Shown here: positions 1-9,600 of the stretch, piece by piece
Layout of the letters: every line of letters begins with the position of its first letter
Numbering within the stretch: position 1 is the stretch's first letter
Virus record (IMG/VR): IMGVR_UViG_3300036760_000689
Coordinates: 32,001 to 96,000 of that record
Origin: a virus
Length of the DNA: 64,000 nt
Strand: one strand, 5' to 3'
Program-made: the position numbers and the translations under genes
The notes under the pieces: generated by a model
What the model was told of the DNA's origin: nothing
What the model saw: the letters and a program-made list of their open reading frames with translations, nothing else
Databases searched by the model: none

Positions 1-1811
1 GGAGCTATGCCAAGAGCCTGATCATACATCTCCGAAGTTACTCCAGTTTGCTTCATGATGACGAGCTTCCTGATAAAAGGATCGTTCATGTTCAAGGGAG
101 CTGGAATCGTCTTCAAGATAACAAACGGCTTGGCTAAATCCTGGAGGCGGAAACCAGACTGAATCCCGAGCAGGGTCCGGCGAACCCTGTTCATAGCCTT
201 GGTATTGCCGGTGATACAAATCTGGCCATCCAAGCGCATGACCCAGGTTTCATAGAGGGTCGTTGGACACCAAACCGGCTCAGGACTTCCGAGGGGCGAG
301 ATTTCCAAGCCGCCGATAGCAATGTTTGGCCTTCTCCACAGGGTTTGTTCTACAACAACGCGCTCGCGTTCAGGACCCAAACCATACCCTTCCAGCGCAG
401 CTAAGATCTGAAAGGCATCGAGTACAGGGCCGCGTTTCTGCGTAAACACCCAGCAGTTCCCGTGCCGAGTCCCGTCGCCCATGAGCATTGCCTCAAGCAT
501 GGCCTTGCGCGCCGGGGCGCTAAGGGCAGTGGCAAGCCGAGGGAGGTCAGCCTTCCCTTCAATACCGGCTCTAGCAAATAGCGATCGCCAGTATGCAGCG
601 TGAAGACAGAATTGCACCCCCCGATGTGTGGCATAAGTCTTTCCCGTAGGGAAAGTCCTTAAGTTGGCCCCAGAAACAGACTCGCTATAGCTCCCGAGAG
701 GTAGGAGGCTGCGGATGGCATCGGCATTCGGTCCTTCTACCTGCGTAATGTGAGCACGCATAAATGGTTCGTACGGGCCGTAGCGCATGCCATTGTGAAC
801 AGAATGGGTCATCGTCTCTCGCACGCATCCCTCTGTCACAATCCATCCCAGGATCGCAGCATCGACTGGGGAAAGCGGATGATCCCCAGTCGGACCAGGA
901 GCTGCTGTCACTATGCGCTTTAGGGCACGCGAGGCACCAAGCAAGTCTGATGCCTTGACGAGAGCAATCCGACTATTCTTATTCCTAACTCCAAACCGCG
1001 ATCGTACCACCCATGAATGGTTCGGGGTGCAGATGGTCGAGAAACCTCGTCGTTCGAGCCTTACGGTATCAACTCGTTCGAAGACACTAATATTCTCCAA
1101 TGGGGTCCACAAACAGCGATCGCTCCCGCAGTCATAGGCAAGTACGGACTCTCCGAGCGAGAGAGACGAATAACGCTTCCACCCATGCTTGGTCAATATT
1201 TCCGCTCGGATAGGCACGCATTCCGCTAGGGCTACGATATTCTGCCGCGAGCGGACGAGTTCAAGATCCTTGAGTTTCTTTGCCTGCGGAGTCCCGTCAT
1301 TGAGATCCAGTTCATAGGTCTGTTCTGAGTTGCGGATCGTGCCATCGATATCCTCAATTTCAGCACGGGCCGTCGTTTTGGCATGGAGAGGATCATAACG
1401 GGTGGTTCTGGTCTGGGGATCCATGCCCGCTGGTACCAAGCCAGATTGAATTTTCCAATTCGTCAAACCGGCCAAGGCATCAAGACGCTGAAGACCGATT
1501 TTGGTGAGCGCCAGTTTGCCGGTTTCTTTCACATCGTAGACCTCACCTTCGACGTATTCCTTGCCATCATCGGTTTTTTTGGTGGAGATTGAGGCAATCC
1601 GAAGGACAGGGATCCGGCCAGCATATGCTATCAACTGGGGGTCTAGGTTGGTCCTCGCCATGGGAGTCAAGACGTGCGCCTTGTCTCTCAACGAGACGAT
1701 CTGTTGCTGTACCTTCTGGATTTCTTGGAAAATGCTGTTGAGGTTGGTAACCTGGATGGCTACCGTCTCTGGTGGAATTAACGCTAACTGTTGGCTCTTT
1801 TGATCTTGCAT
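1..1811 (-). CDS. Intein-containing protein, 3'-truncated by the window edge; putative ssDNA-annealing/recombination protein
   Basis: Not in the ORF track because it has no stop in the window. Hand translation from ATG 1811 (SD GGAGG) is open to position 1: MQDQKSQQLALIPP...GKLALTKIGLQRLDALAGL...RQNIVALAE-[intein]-TKAMNRVRRTLLGIQSGFRLQDLAKPFVI. The spliced AETKAMNR motif resembles phage annealing-type proteins. The ORF is solid; the function is inference. Confidence 0.75.
   Translation of the reverse strand, partial: MQDQKSQQLALIPPETVAIQVTNLNSIFQEIQKVQQQIVSLRDKAHVLTPMARTNLDPQLIAYAGRIPVLRIASISTKKTDDGKEYVEGEVYDVKETGKLALTKIGLQRLDALAGLTNWKIQSGLVPAGMDPQTRTTRYDPLHAKTTARAEIEDIDGTIRNSEQTYELDLNDGTPQAKKLKDLELVRSRQNIVALAECVPIRAEILTKHGWKRYSSLSLGESVLAYDCGSDRCLWTPLENISVFERVDTVRLERRGFSTICTPNHSWVVRSRFGVRNKNSRIALVKASDLLGASRALKRIVTAAPGPTGDHPLSPVDAAILGWIVTEGCVRETMTHSVHNGMRYGPYEPFMRAHITQVEGPNADAIRSLLPLGSYSESVSGANLRTFPTGKTYATHRGVQFCLHAAYWRSLFARAGIEGKADLPRLATALSAPARKAMLEAMLMGDGTRHGNCWVFTQKRGPVLDAFQILAALEGYGLGPERERVVVEQTLWRRPNIAIGGLEISPLGSPEPVWCPTTLYETWVMRLDGQICITGNTKAMNRVRRTLLGIQSGFRLQDLAKPFVILKTIPAPLNMNDPFIRKLVIMKQTGVTSEMYDQALGIA
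204..1220 (-). mobile_element. Intein (339 aa) with LAGLIDADG homing endonuclease
   Basis: Block A CVPIRAEILT, block B ICTPNHSW, endonuclease motifs ILGWIVTEG and MLEAMLMGDG, block F VWCPTT, C-terminus CITGN followed by Thr+1. Confidence 0.92.
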
Positions 1812-1874
1812 ATGCCCTCCTAAGGCATCAAGGTTGACCTATTCGTAGTCGGCGGAGGGCCGAAACGATGTTGT

Positions 1875-1904
1875 TTTATAGCATGTGGAAATTCTTTTTG
1901 TCAA
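1875..1904 (-). promoter_or_regulatory. Sigma70-like promoter for the intein-containing gene
   Basis: TTGACA-N18-TATAAA with extended -10 (TGcTATAAA), immediately downstream of a terminator. Confidence 0.7.
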
Positions 1905-1920
1905 CAACCAAATCGGCCGA

Positions 1921-1955
1921 ACAACAAAAGGGCTGGAGCGGGGTGCTCCAGCCCT
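1921..1955 (-). terminator. Intrinsic terminator
   Basis: Perfect 11-bp stem AGGGCTGGAGC/GCTCCAGCCCT with a 5-nt loop, running into TTTTGTTGT. Confidence 0.85.
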
Positions 1956-2015
1956 CCTGACAAGTTGAATGCCCTCTGAAAATCATAGGCCGATCAGGTC
2001 AGCAACGGCCAAGCC

Positions 2016-2044
2016 GTTTCAATCCACGCCCGCGCGCGGGCGAC
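2016..2044 (-). CRISPR. Solitary type I-C-like CRISPR repeat unit (single copy, not an array)
   Basis: GTCGCCCGCGCGCGGGCGTGGATTGAAAC has a GTCGC 5' end, a CGCCCG/CGGGCG hairpin and the canonical I-C 3' tail GTGGATTGAAAC. No second copy and no cas genes were seen. Confidence 0.65.
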
Positions 2045-2129
2045 TACTTACGGGTTGTCCCAGAAGAATCATCGTGGAAGCGAATAGAGCCAGCAGAATC
2101 ATCAAAACCGTCACTGCGATTCTGAGCAT
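2019..2129 (-). CDS. 36-aa hydrophobic peptide
   Basis: Strong SD AAAGGAG; MLRIAVTVLMILLALFASTMILLGQPVSSRPRAGVD*. Its stop codon lies inside the CRISPR-like repeat. Confidence 0.55.
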   Translation of the reverse strand: MLRIAVTVLMILLALFASTMILLGQPVSSRPRAGVD

Positions 2130-2197
2130 GCACGTACTCCTTTCGCTTGTTGCGTTTATTTCAATTTACATTGGTATGCAACAGACTGAGATCAATG

Positions 2198-2299
2198 TCA
2201 ACCGCTTTTTTTCAGCAAGATAACGCCCTGGGCGACAAGAAATATTCCGACGACCAAACCGCCGATAAAAGCCAACAGCGCACATAGAACGTATCCCAT
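2198..2299 (-). CDS. 33-aa single-TM peptide downstream of the holin
   Basis: SD GAGGTG; MGYVLCALLAFIGGLVVGIFLVAQGVILLKKSG*. Confidence 0.55.
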   Translation of the reverse strand: MGYVLCALLAFIGGLVVGIFLVAQGVILLKKSG

Positions 2300-2322
2300 G
2301 ATTCACCTCACGAAAAGAGGAA

Positions 2323-2796
2323 CTACTTTTTATTCCATTGGAATCCACTTTTGTCCAGTGACCTGAATCCGGCATATCCTAAATAGCCGCTACCAAAAAG
2401 CCAATATGCCTCTGAAGGAATATTCAAGGGGACCAGAGTGGTTGCCCCGCGAATCATCTCGATCACTGGAAGGATGATGAAATTGAAGGTGATCACGGCA
2501 TACATGATGTAAAGAAATGTAGGGCGAGAGCGGGAAACAAACTTGTCGCCGCTTTTTGCTTCTGCCTGAATATTAGCGGAAGCTGCTTCCGTTTCTTTTG
2601 CTTGGAGGTCAGCAAGATGCTGCTCCATTTCGAGTTGCATTTTCTGCAACTCGAAGGCGTTTTGATCCAATGCTTCCTGGATCTTTGCCTTCTCTGTGGG
2701 ACTCACCTTGATACGATCGAGGATCCCAAGGACAAGATCTTTAATCCCGCCTCCGCCGCCAGTGATGGCAGAGATAATACCTCCGAATGCTCCCAT
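2323..2796 (-). CDS. Holin (GTA-type 3TM holin-like)
   Basis: Coiled coil, then SRSRPTFLY and hydrophobic segments ending GYLGYAGFRSLDK; adjacent to the endolysin. Confidence 0.8.
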   Translation of the reverse strand: MGAFGGIISAITGGGGGIKDLVLGILDRIKVSPTEKAKIQEALDQNAFELQKMQLEMEQHLADLQAKETEAASANIQAEAKSGDKFVSRSRPTFLYIMYAVITFNFIILPVIEMIRGATTLVPLNIPSEAYWLFGSGYLGYAGFRSLDKSGFQWNKK

Positions 2797-2817
2797 GCCG
2801 TTCTCCTTCGCTTGGCT

Positions 2818-3249
2818 CTATCTTACACCCGTTTTCATTTCCTCCGCAAGTCTTGTCGCCCGGACTCCGACCTGCGTTGCCCAGGTGGAATTTAGCATCT
2901 CTATTGCCGCTATGCTATATTCCTTATTCTGGATCGCCCTTAGCGTGCGTTCGAATTTTAATAGGCCATAAATCCCCAAGTTGAAGCACATGTTGGCCAA
3001 TACCGATTGGCGTACAAGGTCGAGATCATTAAACCAAGGAAGAGCTTGGGTAAGCTGGCCAATGACCTCGGCCACATCGTTGGATAACCGCAGTTCTGCC
3101 TCGGCCAAACGTATAGGGCAAATCTGAATTGCCCAACCGTAACCGATGGTCAGATTCCCTGTAGAATCCATGTAGGTTTTACCCCGAAACCCCTCGTCAA
3201 CTTTCAATGCTTCTTTGGTCAATTGTATAAGGGCAACTATATCCATCAT
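2818..3249 (-). CDS. Endolysin, T4/GH24-type lysozyme
   Basis: DEGFRGKTYMDSTGNLTIGYG (E-x8-D-x5-T), NMCFNLG, MLNSTWATQVGVRATRL. Confidence 0.92.
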   Translation of the reverse strand: MMDIVALIQLTKEALKVDEGFRGKTYMDSTGNLTIGYGWAIQICPIRLAEAELRLSNDVAEVIGQLTQALPWFNDLDLVRQSVLANMCFNLGIYGLLKFERTLRAIQNKEYSIAAIEMLNSTWATQVGVRATRLAEEMKTGVR

Positions 3250-3256
3250 TTGCCTC

Positions 3257-3640
3257 CTATGGTTTTCCTCGCCAGAGTTTTATCAAATCGCTCAAATGCT
3301 CAAGCAGGAGCAAAGCTATAGCACCGGCAACGACCATAATGTAAGGTTTTATTTCCGTCCACCATTTTGTCGAGGTTTGCTTTATGGCATCTGAGGTTGC
3401 AGCCGCCAGTCGGACATCAATCTCCAACTCATTGATTTTAGACTTCGCTGGACAATCGGTTGCATGACTGACCAGCGCTAATTCCGAAGCCCTCAATCCT
3501 TCGAAAAGTTCACCGATATGACCGTTCGCCTTGTCAAAACGTTTGTTAAGTCCTTCGACAGATTCGACAATGCTTTCAACCTTGGTTTCCAACCGGGTCA
3601 CCCCGCCCAACATCGTATCGTGAAATTGCTGAGTGTCCAT
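3257..3640 (-). CDS. Coiled-coil protein with C-terminal TM (lysis module)
   Basis: Heptad-like N-terminus, hydrophobic C-terminal helix, position before the endolysin. Confidence 0.6.
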   Translation of the reverse strand: MDTQQFHDTMLGGVTRLETKVESIVESVEGLNKRFDKANGHIGELFEGLRASELALVSHATDCPAKSKINELEIDVRLAAATSDAIKQTSTKWWTEIKPYIMVVAGAIALLLLEHLSDLIKLWRGKP

Positions 3641-3676
3641 CTTTTCTCCTCTTCGGTATCCCCTGAGTGCCGTCGT

Positions 3677-6600
3677 TTACTCGGGCGGTTCGGGCAATCG
3701 TAATGGCGACTCCCCAGTCGGGGGAGGCATCATCCTTCTAACCTTTGTCGCTTTATATTCCTGAAGCGTCTTTTTGGCAATCGCATTCATCTGAGCCTGT
3801 TTGGTTCTGATGAAGGTGTCGATTTGCGTCTTGGTGTATTTCGGATTCTTTTGCATCGCATCGATCTGTTTCTGGTAGGCCGTCAATATCCTTGCACAGC
3901 CGGCAAACTTAGGTGCAAAAAAAGCATTGGGATAGAGTTGGGAAGCTTCCGCATAGGACATGCCCTTTTTCATCTGGTAATCGCGGACCCGTTTATCTCG
4001 CGTAACTTCCGCGTTGGCAATAAAGAAATCCGCCACCTCAGCTCCCGCACCCCTCTTTGCTTCACGACTTTGGGCTTGTTCTTTGAGTTGCAAACGCTCA
4101 GGTCTTCGTTCCTCCTCTGTATGGCCATATCCAGTACTCTCGTTGATGACCCTTCCGGCCAACCGTCCAACCGTTGGATCTATTTGCGTTAATATTTGGT
4201 AAAAGCTCTTATTGCTTATATCGTAGGTTTGGAAATTGCCAAGACCCAACTGGTTCAACGAGAACAGTACGAGTTTGCCCGCCATGGCCGGTTTGTCTCC
4301 CGCTTCATATACATCGCGCGGAAAAATGGGCATACCGCGATAGGTATCTGGCGGGTTCTGGCCTGCCAACGCTCGACCCACGGTGATCGGAATCTGGATC
4401 CAGGGAGTGGGCGATGGCAATTGCGACACAACATGATTATATATGTTTGTCAGCATTTCCGGATCGTCTTTGGCATATCCATCCATCAGTTCGTTTATGA
4501 TCCCCCAAAGCATCCTGCATCCTTCGTCCAAGGGTACTTGAAAGCTGATCGCTTCCCCTAACCTGTTCAGGCCGAACAGAACGTTGAGATACATCCGCTT
4601 TTTATAACCCGTGATGCCGTCCCAGGCCCACTTGATCTTTTTGCCCCAATAGGGACCAAAGATCTTGACGGCGTAATATCCGAAAATCAAGTTCGCCGCT
4701 ATCAGCACGCTCAGGACTTTCATCGTTCTGTGGAAGAATCCCGATCTGGTTACGGGATCAGCGATAAGATTAATCTCGCTGTGCCATCCCTGGATGAACA
4801 TAGTCGGAAACGCGAGGAGCCGGTTGAATGTCTGTCCCCAACTTCCCTTGCGATACCATGCCGGGGTCCCTGTGTTGCGCCGCATGTTCATGCCAAGTCT
4901 TGGCCCGGTTTCCCCTGCGGCCACCCGGACTTGATGGCCACTAACCTTACCCAAGGTTTCCGCGAACTCTGCGACGTAGGCAAGTCCGCCCAAAACATTC
5001 TTGGCCCCACGGTACATCCTTATCGTAGCGCGCTTATCCAACGTCCCGTTTGGCCTGTAGATTCCTGCGCGCTTCATTGTTAGATTGAAGGCGTCATGCT
5101 CATATTCGGTCTCGGGGGCTTCCAACGTCGGAGCTGATATTTCGTCGTTTCTGATCATCTCACGCAAGAGTGGATCCCCGTGATTCTTCATGTGCCGATA
5201 TACATGAATGAAGGAGCGCCTGTAGGCATCGAGGAGATAAGTAAAATCTCCAGCCCCCCATTCACGCCAGAGCTTCTGAAGCATATTCCCGGGAAGAAGC
5301 TCAAAAGGCAACGCCCTGAAATTTTTCACAAAGTCCCTGACTGGATTGCCAAACGCACCGAAGGACAAGTTGTAAAGAATAATGACCTTCCACCAGAGTT
5401 TGTGAACCAGATTCATCCACTGCGCCCAATCCTGTAGGGCCTCAGCGTTCGGATGATTGATCCCATCGGCCAGGTACTTATCCACCCAATATCCCTGTCG
5501 CCTGCCATCCTCCATCATCTCAACGATGTCAAATCCCTCAACGGCCTTACCATTGGCATCCACGGGGCGTTCCCAAGTTACTGCGATGTCGGTAGGATGC
5601 TGTCGTTTGGCCTTATAGATTTCATCTGGCCAGAATTGTTTCCAATTTTCGATAAATGACCGGCGCGCACCATAGACGACTATCATTTTGATAAGGGCAA
5701 ACCGCATTTTGAGATCAGATAGAATCGGGTTTTCAAAGGCCCCCGTATAGCCGATCTGGGCCTTTACTGTCGGGCTGACGTATTGATCGATATATTTTTC
5801 GGCCACGAATTTGACGTAGTTGTACTTGTCCTCCTCGAACTTTTTACGCGCTCGCTCTGGATAAATCTGGAGATCGAATCCTTTTTCCACGAGTTCCCAG
5901 GTAATGTCCTCATAGGCATGAGCAGCTTGTTCCAGAGCTGCGAATTTTTCGGGACCAATCCGCTCCTGGAATCGGTCCAATGTTTCTGCCGCAAATTCTC
6001 CACCAACAATTTTGGGATTGGCCACATCCGCGCGCCCGGTCGCAGTTCTGTGGAGATACATGTAGAGACCCAAGACGATGTGTGGCCCATAATGCTCCGC
6101 CGTCAGATCCTGGTAGATCGTGCCAGCAATACTGGGCAAGTCCGACGCCTTGAAACCCAAATCCTCGATCGTGATTCCGGCCTTCTCGATGATTTCCTGC
6201 ATTATCTCGCGGTTGACCCTATCGGCGAATTCCCATGTTCTGTTGGCAATGTTGAACGGGAGCGCATCGTATTTGATCTCGGGATTGTCTTTGTCGTCGA
6301 TGGCAGTGGGTTTATACTTCAGCAACCCCTCAATGTGTTTGTCGAGCATCCATAAGCGATAGACGAGTTTGCCCTTGACGCTTCCTATGAATCCCTGGCC
6401 CTTTAGTGGTTCTTTCAACTCCACAGCCGCAGATGATCTTTCCGCATCTACCAACATACCGAGCGTTCTGACCAGCCGATCGTCCAACTTTTCTTCCGTA
6501 GCTCCCGCCATCATTGCCCGGAGCTTGAGGTACTCCGTTTTCACATCTGGCTTGGTATCCATGTGGGCATGGAACTCCCGATAAAACTTTGGCGCATACT

Positions 6601-9600
6601 TGCGCGCCGTGCCTGGGGAATTCAGCAGGGCGGACACAAAATCCGCATATAATTCCTGGGATTGTCGCCGCAACCTTATGTATCCAGGTCTAGCCTTCGT
6701 AAGGTCGTAAGGATGCCAGTATTCGCTGAGGAAGATGAGTTCCTTCCTGAGTTCCTTGGCTTTGGCCATCACCCCCGGCATAGTATTTTTCAGATAGGTG
6801 CTGAGAGTCGTGAGCCGACCTAGGAGATTACCACGCTTGAGCGTTGCGGTCGGCACCCAATCAACAAGGTGACCGATTTCATGAGCGAGTACGCGCGCTA
6901 AAACCTCTCTATTTCCCGGTTCGAATAATTCAGGGCGCAACTCGATATGTTCCTTCATCCGCTCGCCTACGAAGCGGCCGTAGCTTGTTCTCAGTCTCGT
7001 GCTTAATTTGATTGCTTCCTTTACTCCGTGTTGTGATGCGATCTGGATCAGATCATCGGCAAGATTCATCAGTTCCGGAGCTTGGATCCTGCCCCAAGCT
7101 TCAATCTCAAAGATATCGACGCTCCTATTGTCGTATGGAAGGATCCGAAACCGCCTCGTTCCATCGTTAATGATCCAACCTAATGTCCCCTTTGTGATCT
7201 TCGCCGCCGAGGAGAGATCAATATCGCTATTGGCTTTCATGTCATCAGTAATCGAGGTGGGAATGGTCCCGGAGGACATTGCCGTTTTGTCGGCTTGCGT
7301 CACAGCGCTTGTGAAGAGATAGGACGGTCCCAGTTCTTCCTCACGCGTCCATATCGGCATTTCCCTTTTTTTATACTCCGCAATTTCCGGGGGTTCTGGA
7401 AGTGGCGTATAAAGCGGATCCGCCAAGGGGCCGCTGACCAATTGGGGATCGGGATGCCCTTCAAATGCAGGCATATCGGCGACCTCGGGTTGTGCCGCGC
7501 CAGCATCCACAACCTCCTGTGCGACAGGAGTTCTCTTCTTCTTTCTTCTTCTGCCGACATTGATAATGTACGACGAGGCCAAGAAGGATCTCTTGCCTCC
7601 TGCACCATATCTGTTCGCAATTTCTGGACGTGTAGCTTCTAGGTCTTCAACAAGTCGTCCTGCGAGTTTTGCTTCTTCGTAAATGCCGATATAGAGGGTG
7701 GCCTTTTCCCGTTCTGCATGAAGGAGATCCCTGCGTGCGGCGATTGCCTTGCGTTTGTCCTCGGCCTCAGGGTTATAGTCTGGATGTTCCTTCATGAGCT
7801 GGGCAAGGTGCTCCTGGTGGGATTGCATCCTTCTGCGATCCCAATCCGACCCATAACCCTTGGCAATGTCATCCTCGAGTTCCTTGATGCGTTCCTGCCT
7901 ATTTTTGATGTCGTCTTCCATCACCTTCAGGTGGTGGAGAACTCTTTCCTCGACCTGATCTATTGCCTCAAGTTCGCCATCGACCGAATGAACGGCATGT
8001 TTGGCCCGATAGTAATCCAAGGTTGCCTGCGGGATGGCTGCGGCATCGGCCAATTGCCGGAAGTTTCTGCCATCCTCGTCGAAGTCAAGCATTTCATCCG
8101 CGTTCCCTCGATATACCTCTTTGATCCATACATCCTTGCCAGCAATGGTATCGTAGAGCTTGGCATCCGACGTTCCCCTTACCAAATAACGATGGATGCG
8201 AATGCTTTCGTTCCTATTCCCTTGCCGTAAGCCGCGCCCGTCCGCTTGTTCAAGTGCAGAACCTGTCCACGGGACATCGAAATGATGGACCTGAGTAGTA
8301 TCAGTTTGAAGGTTCATGCCCTCACCCATGGATTGCCTCGAACCGATCAGGAATCGGATTTTTCCCTCCGCGTTGGCCTGCTGAATTTTGAACTTGGCAT
8401 TGGCTCCGCTGTTAATCTGCCCATTGACGATGGCAATCTGACTTTCGGGAACACCAGAATCCATCAACTTCTGTTTGAAATGTTTGTGGATATTGACCAA
8501 CTCCACAAAATGCTTGGAATTCTGTTCCTTTTGCACACTATCTTCGTCGTCACCCTCTTCAATCTTTCCCTCTTCGGTATCTACCGGCTCCTCCAGATAA
8601 CCGCCACGATAAAGATCACAGAAGATAAGTTGAGTGTTCTCTCCGGTATCACCAGCGAGCACTTCTTTAACCACAGCCTCTAACTTCGAACCGGGACCCC
8701 CAAAGGAAGCAGCATACTTCCTGGGATCGAAGATCGCGGGATCTGCCGCTAGTTTTCGCGCGAGAGTCAGGACAGAGAGGTGATTGATACCTTCGGCAGC
8801 CGCCTGCTGCAGGTGATCGTTGACGTATTCTTGCAACCATGCGATGTAGCCAGCGCACTCCGTCACTGCGTCAGTTGGATCCAAAACATGGTCAATATAG
8901 ATTCCTTCGGGACGGGGGATCTTGAGATCTTCAATCGTTCGGAAATCAACATAGCGCCGGAAGATGGCTCTCAACTCGGTCAGATTCTTATATCCTGCCC
9001 AGACCGTCTTAGCCTTAGGCACTCCGGTTGCGGTCTGGACCTCACGCGTTTCAATCCGCCCGAATTGCCCCATGAAATCGCCAGCGTTCAGGATTCCCCG
9101 ACTCGTCCACTCTTCCGGTGCCACATAACCCATCATGGCGTAGATCTCAGAAGGATGATTCGGGGTCGGTGTGGCAGTGAGCATCCAAACATTCTGACCT
9201 TTTCGACCGCCCCTGCGCTCATGGATGTAGCGGGTCTTATATTGCATGTCAGCGGCACGTTGCGACCACTTTCCTGCACGCACGTAATCCGACATGTCAC
9301 CGTAATCCTTTGGAGTATTTTTGAATCGATGAGCCTCATCCACGATGATGGCGTCGGAACCAAGATCCTCGAAAAAGATTGTGTTAGTTCTTTTCATCTG
9401 CTGCAATTTCGCGAGTTTCTCTTCGTATTTCAGGATTTGATTCTGAATTTGGGTCTCGGTACGCTTATCCTTTTTTACCTGGACGGCCCGGAGACGATCT
9501 TCGAGTTTGCGGATATCTTCTTGAATGTATTCCTCAGACTTGCGTAGCGGGATCTCCTTCATACCTTCATGAGTTATCAAGATGAAATCGGCATCGGTTA

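Noticed and set aside
22-1803. Short ORF-track calls in the first 1.8 kb
   Set aside because: They are shadows or alternative frames of the long minus-strand intein-containing ORF (1811 to <1).
2158-2186. GTCTGTTGCATACCAATGTAAATTGAAAT (minus strand), resembling a type I-B repeat ending ATTGAAAT
   Set aside because: It differs from the 2016-2044 repeat, lies 113 nt away (too long for a spacer) and overlaps an AT-rich promoter-like region. It cannot be supported as part of an array, though a repeat-database search would be cheap.
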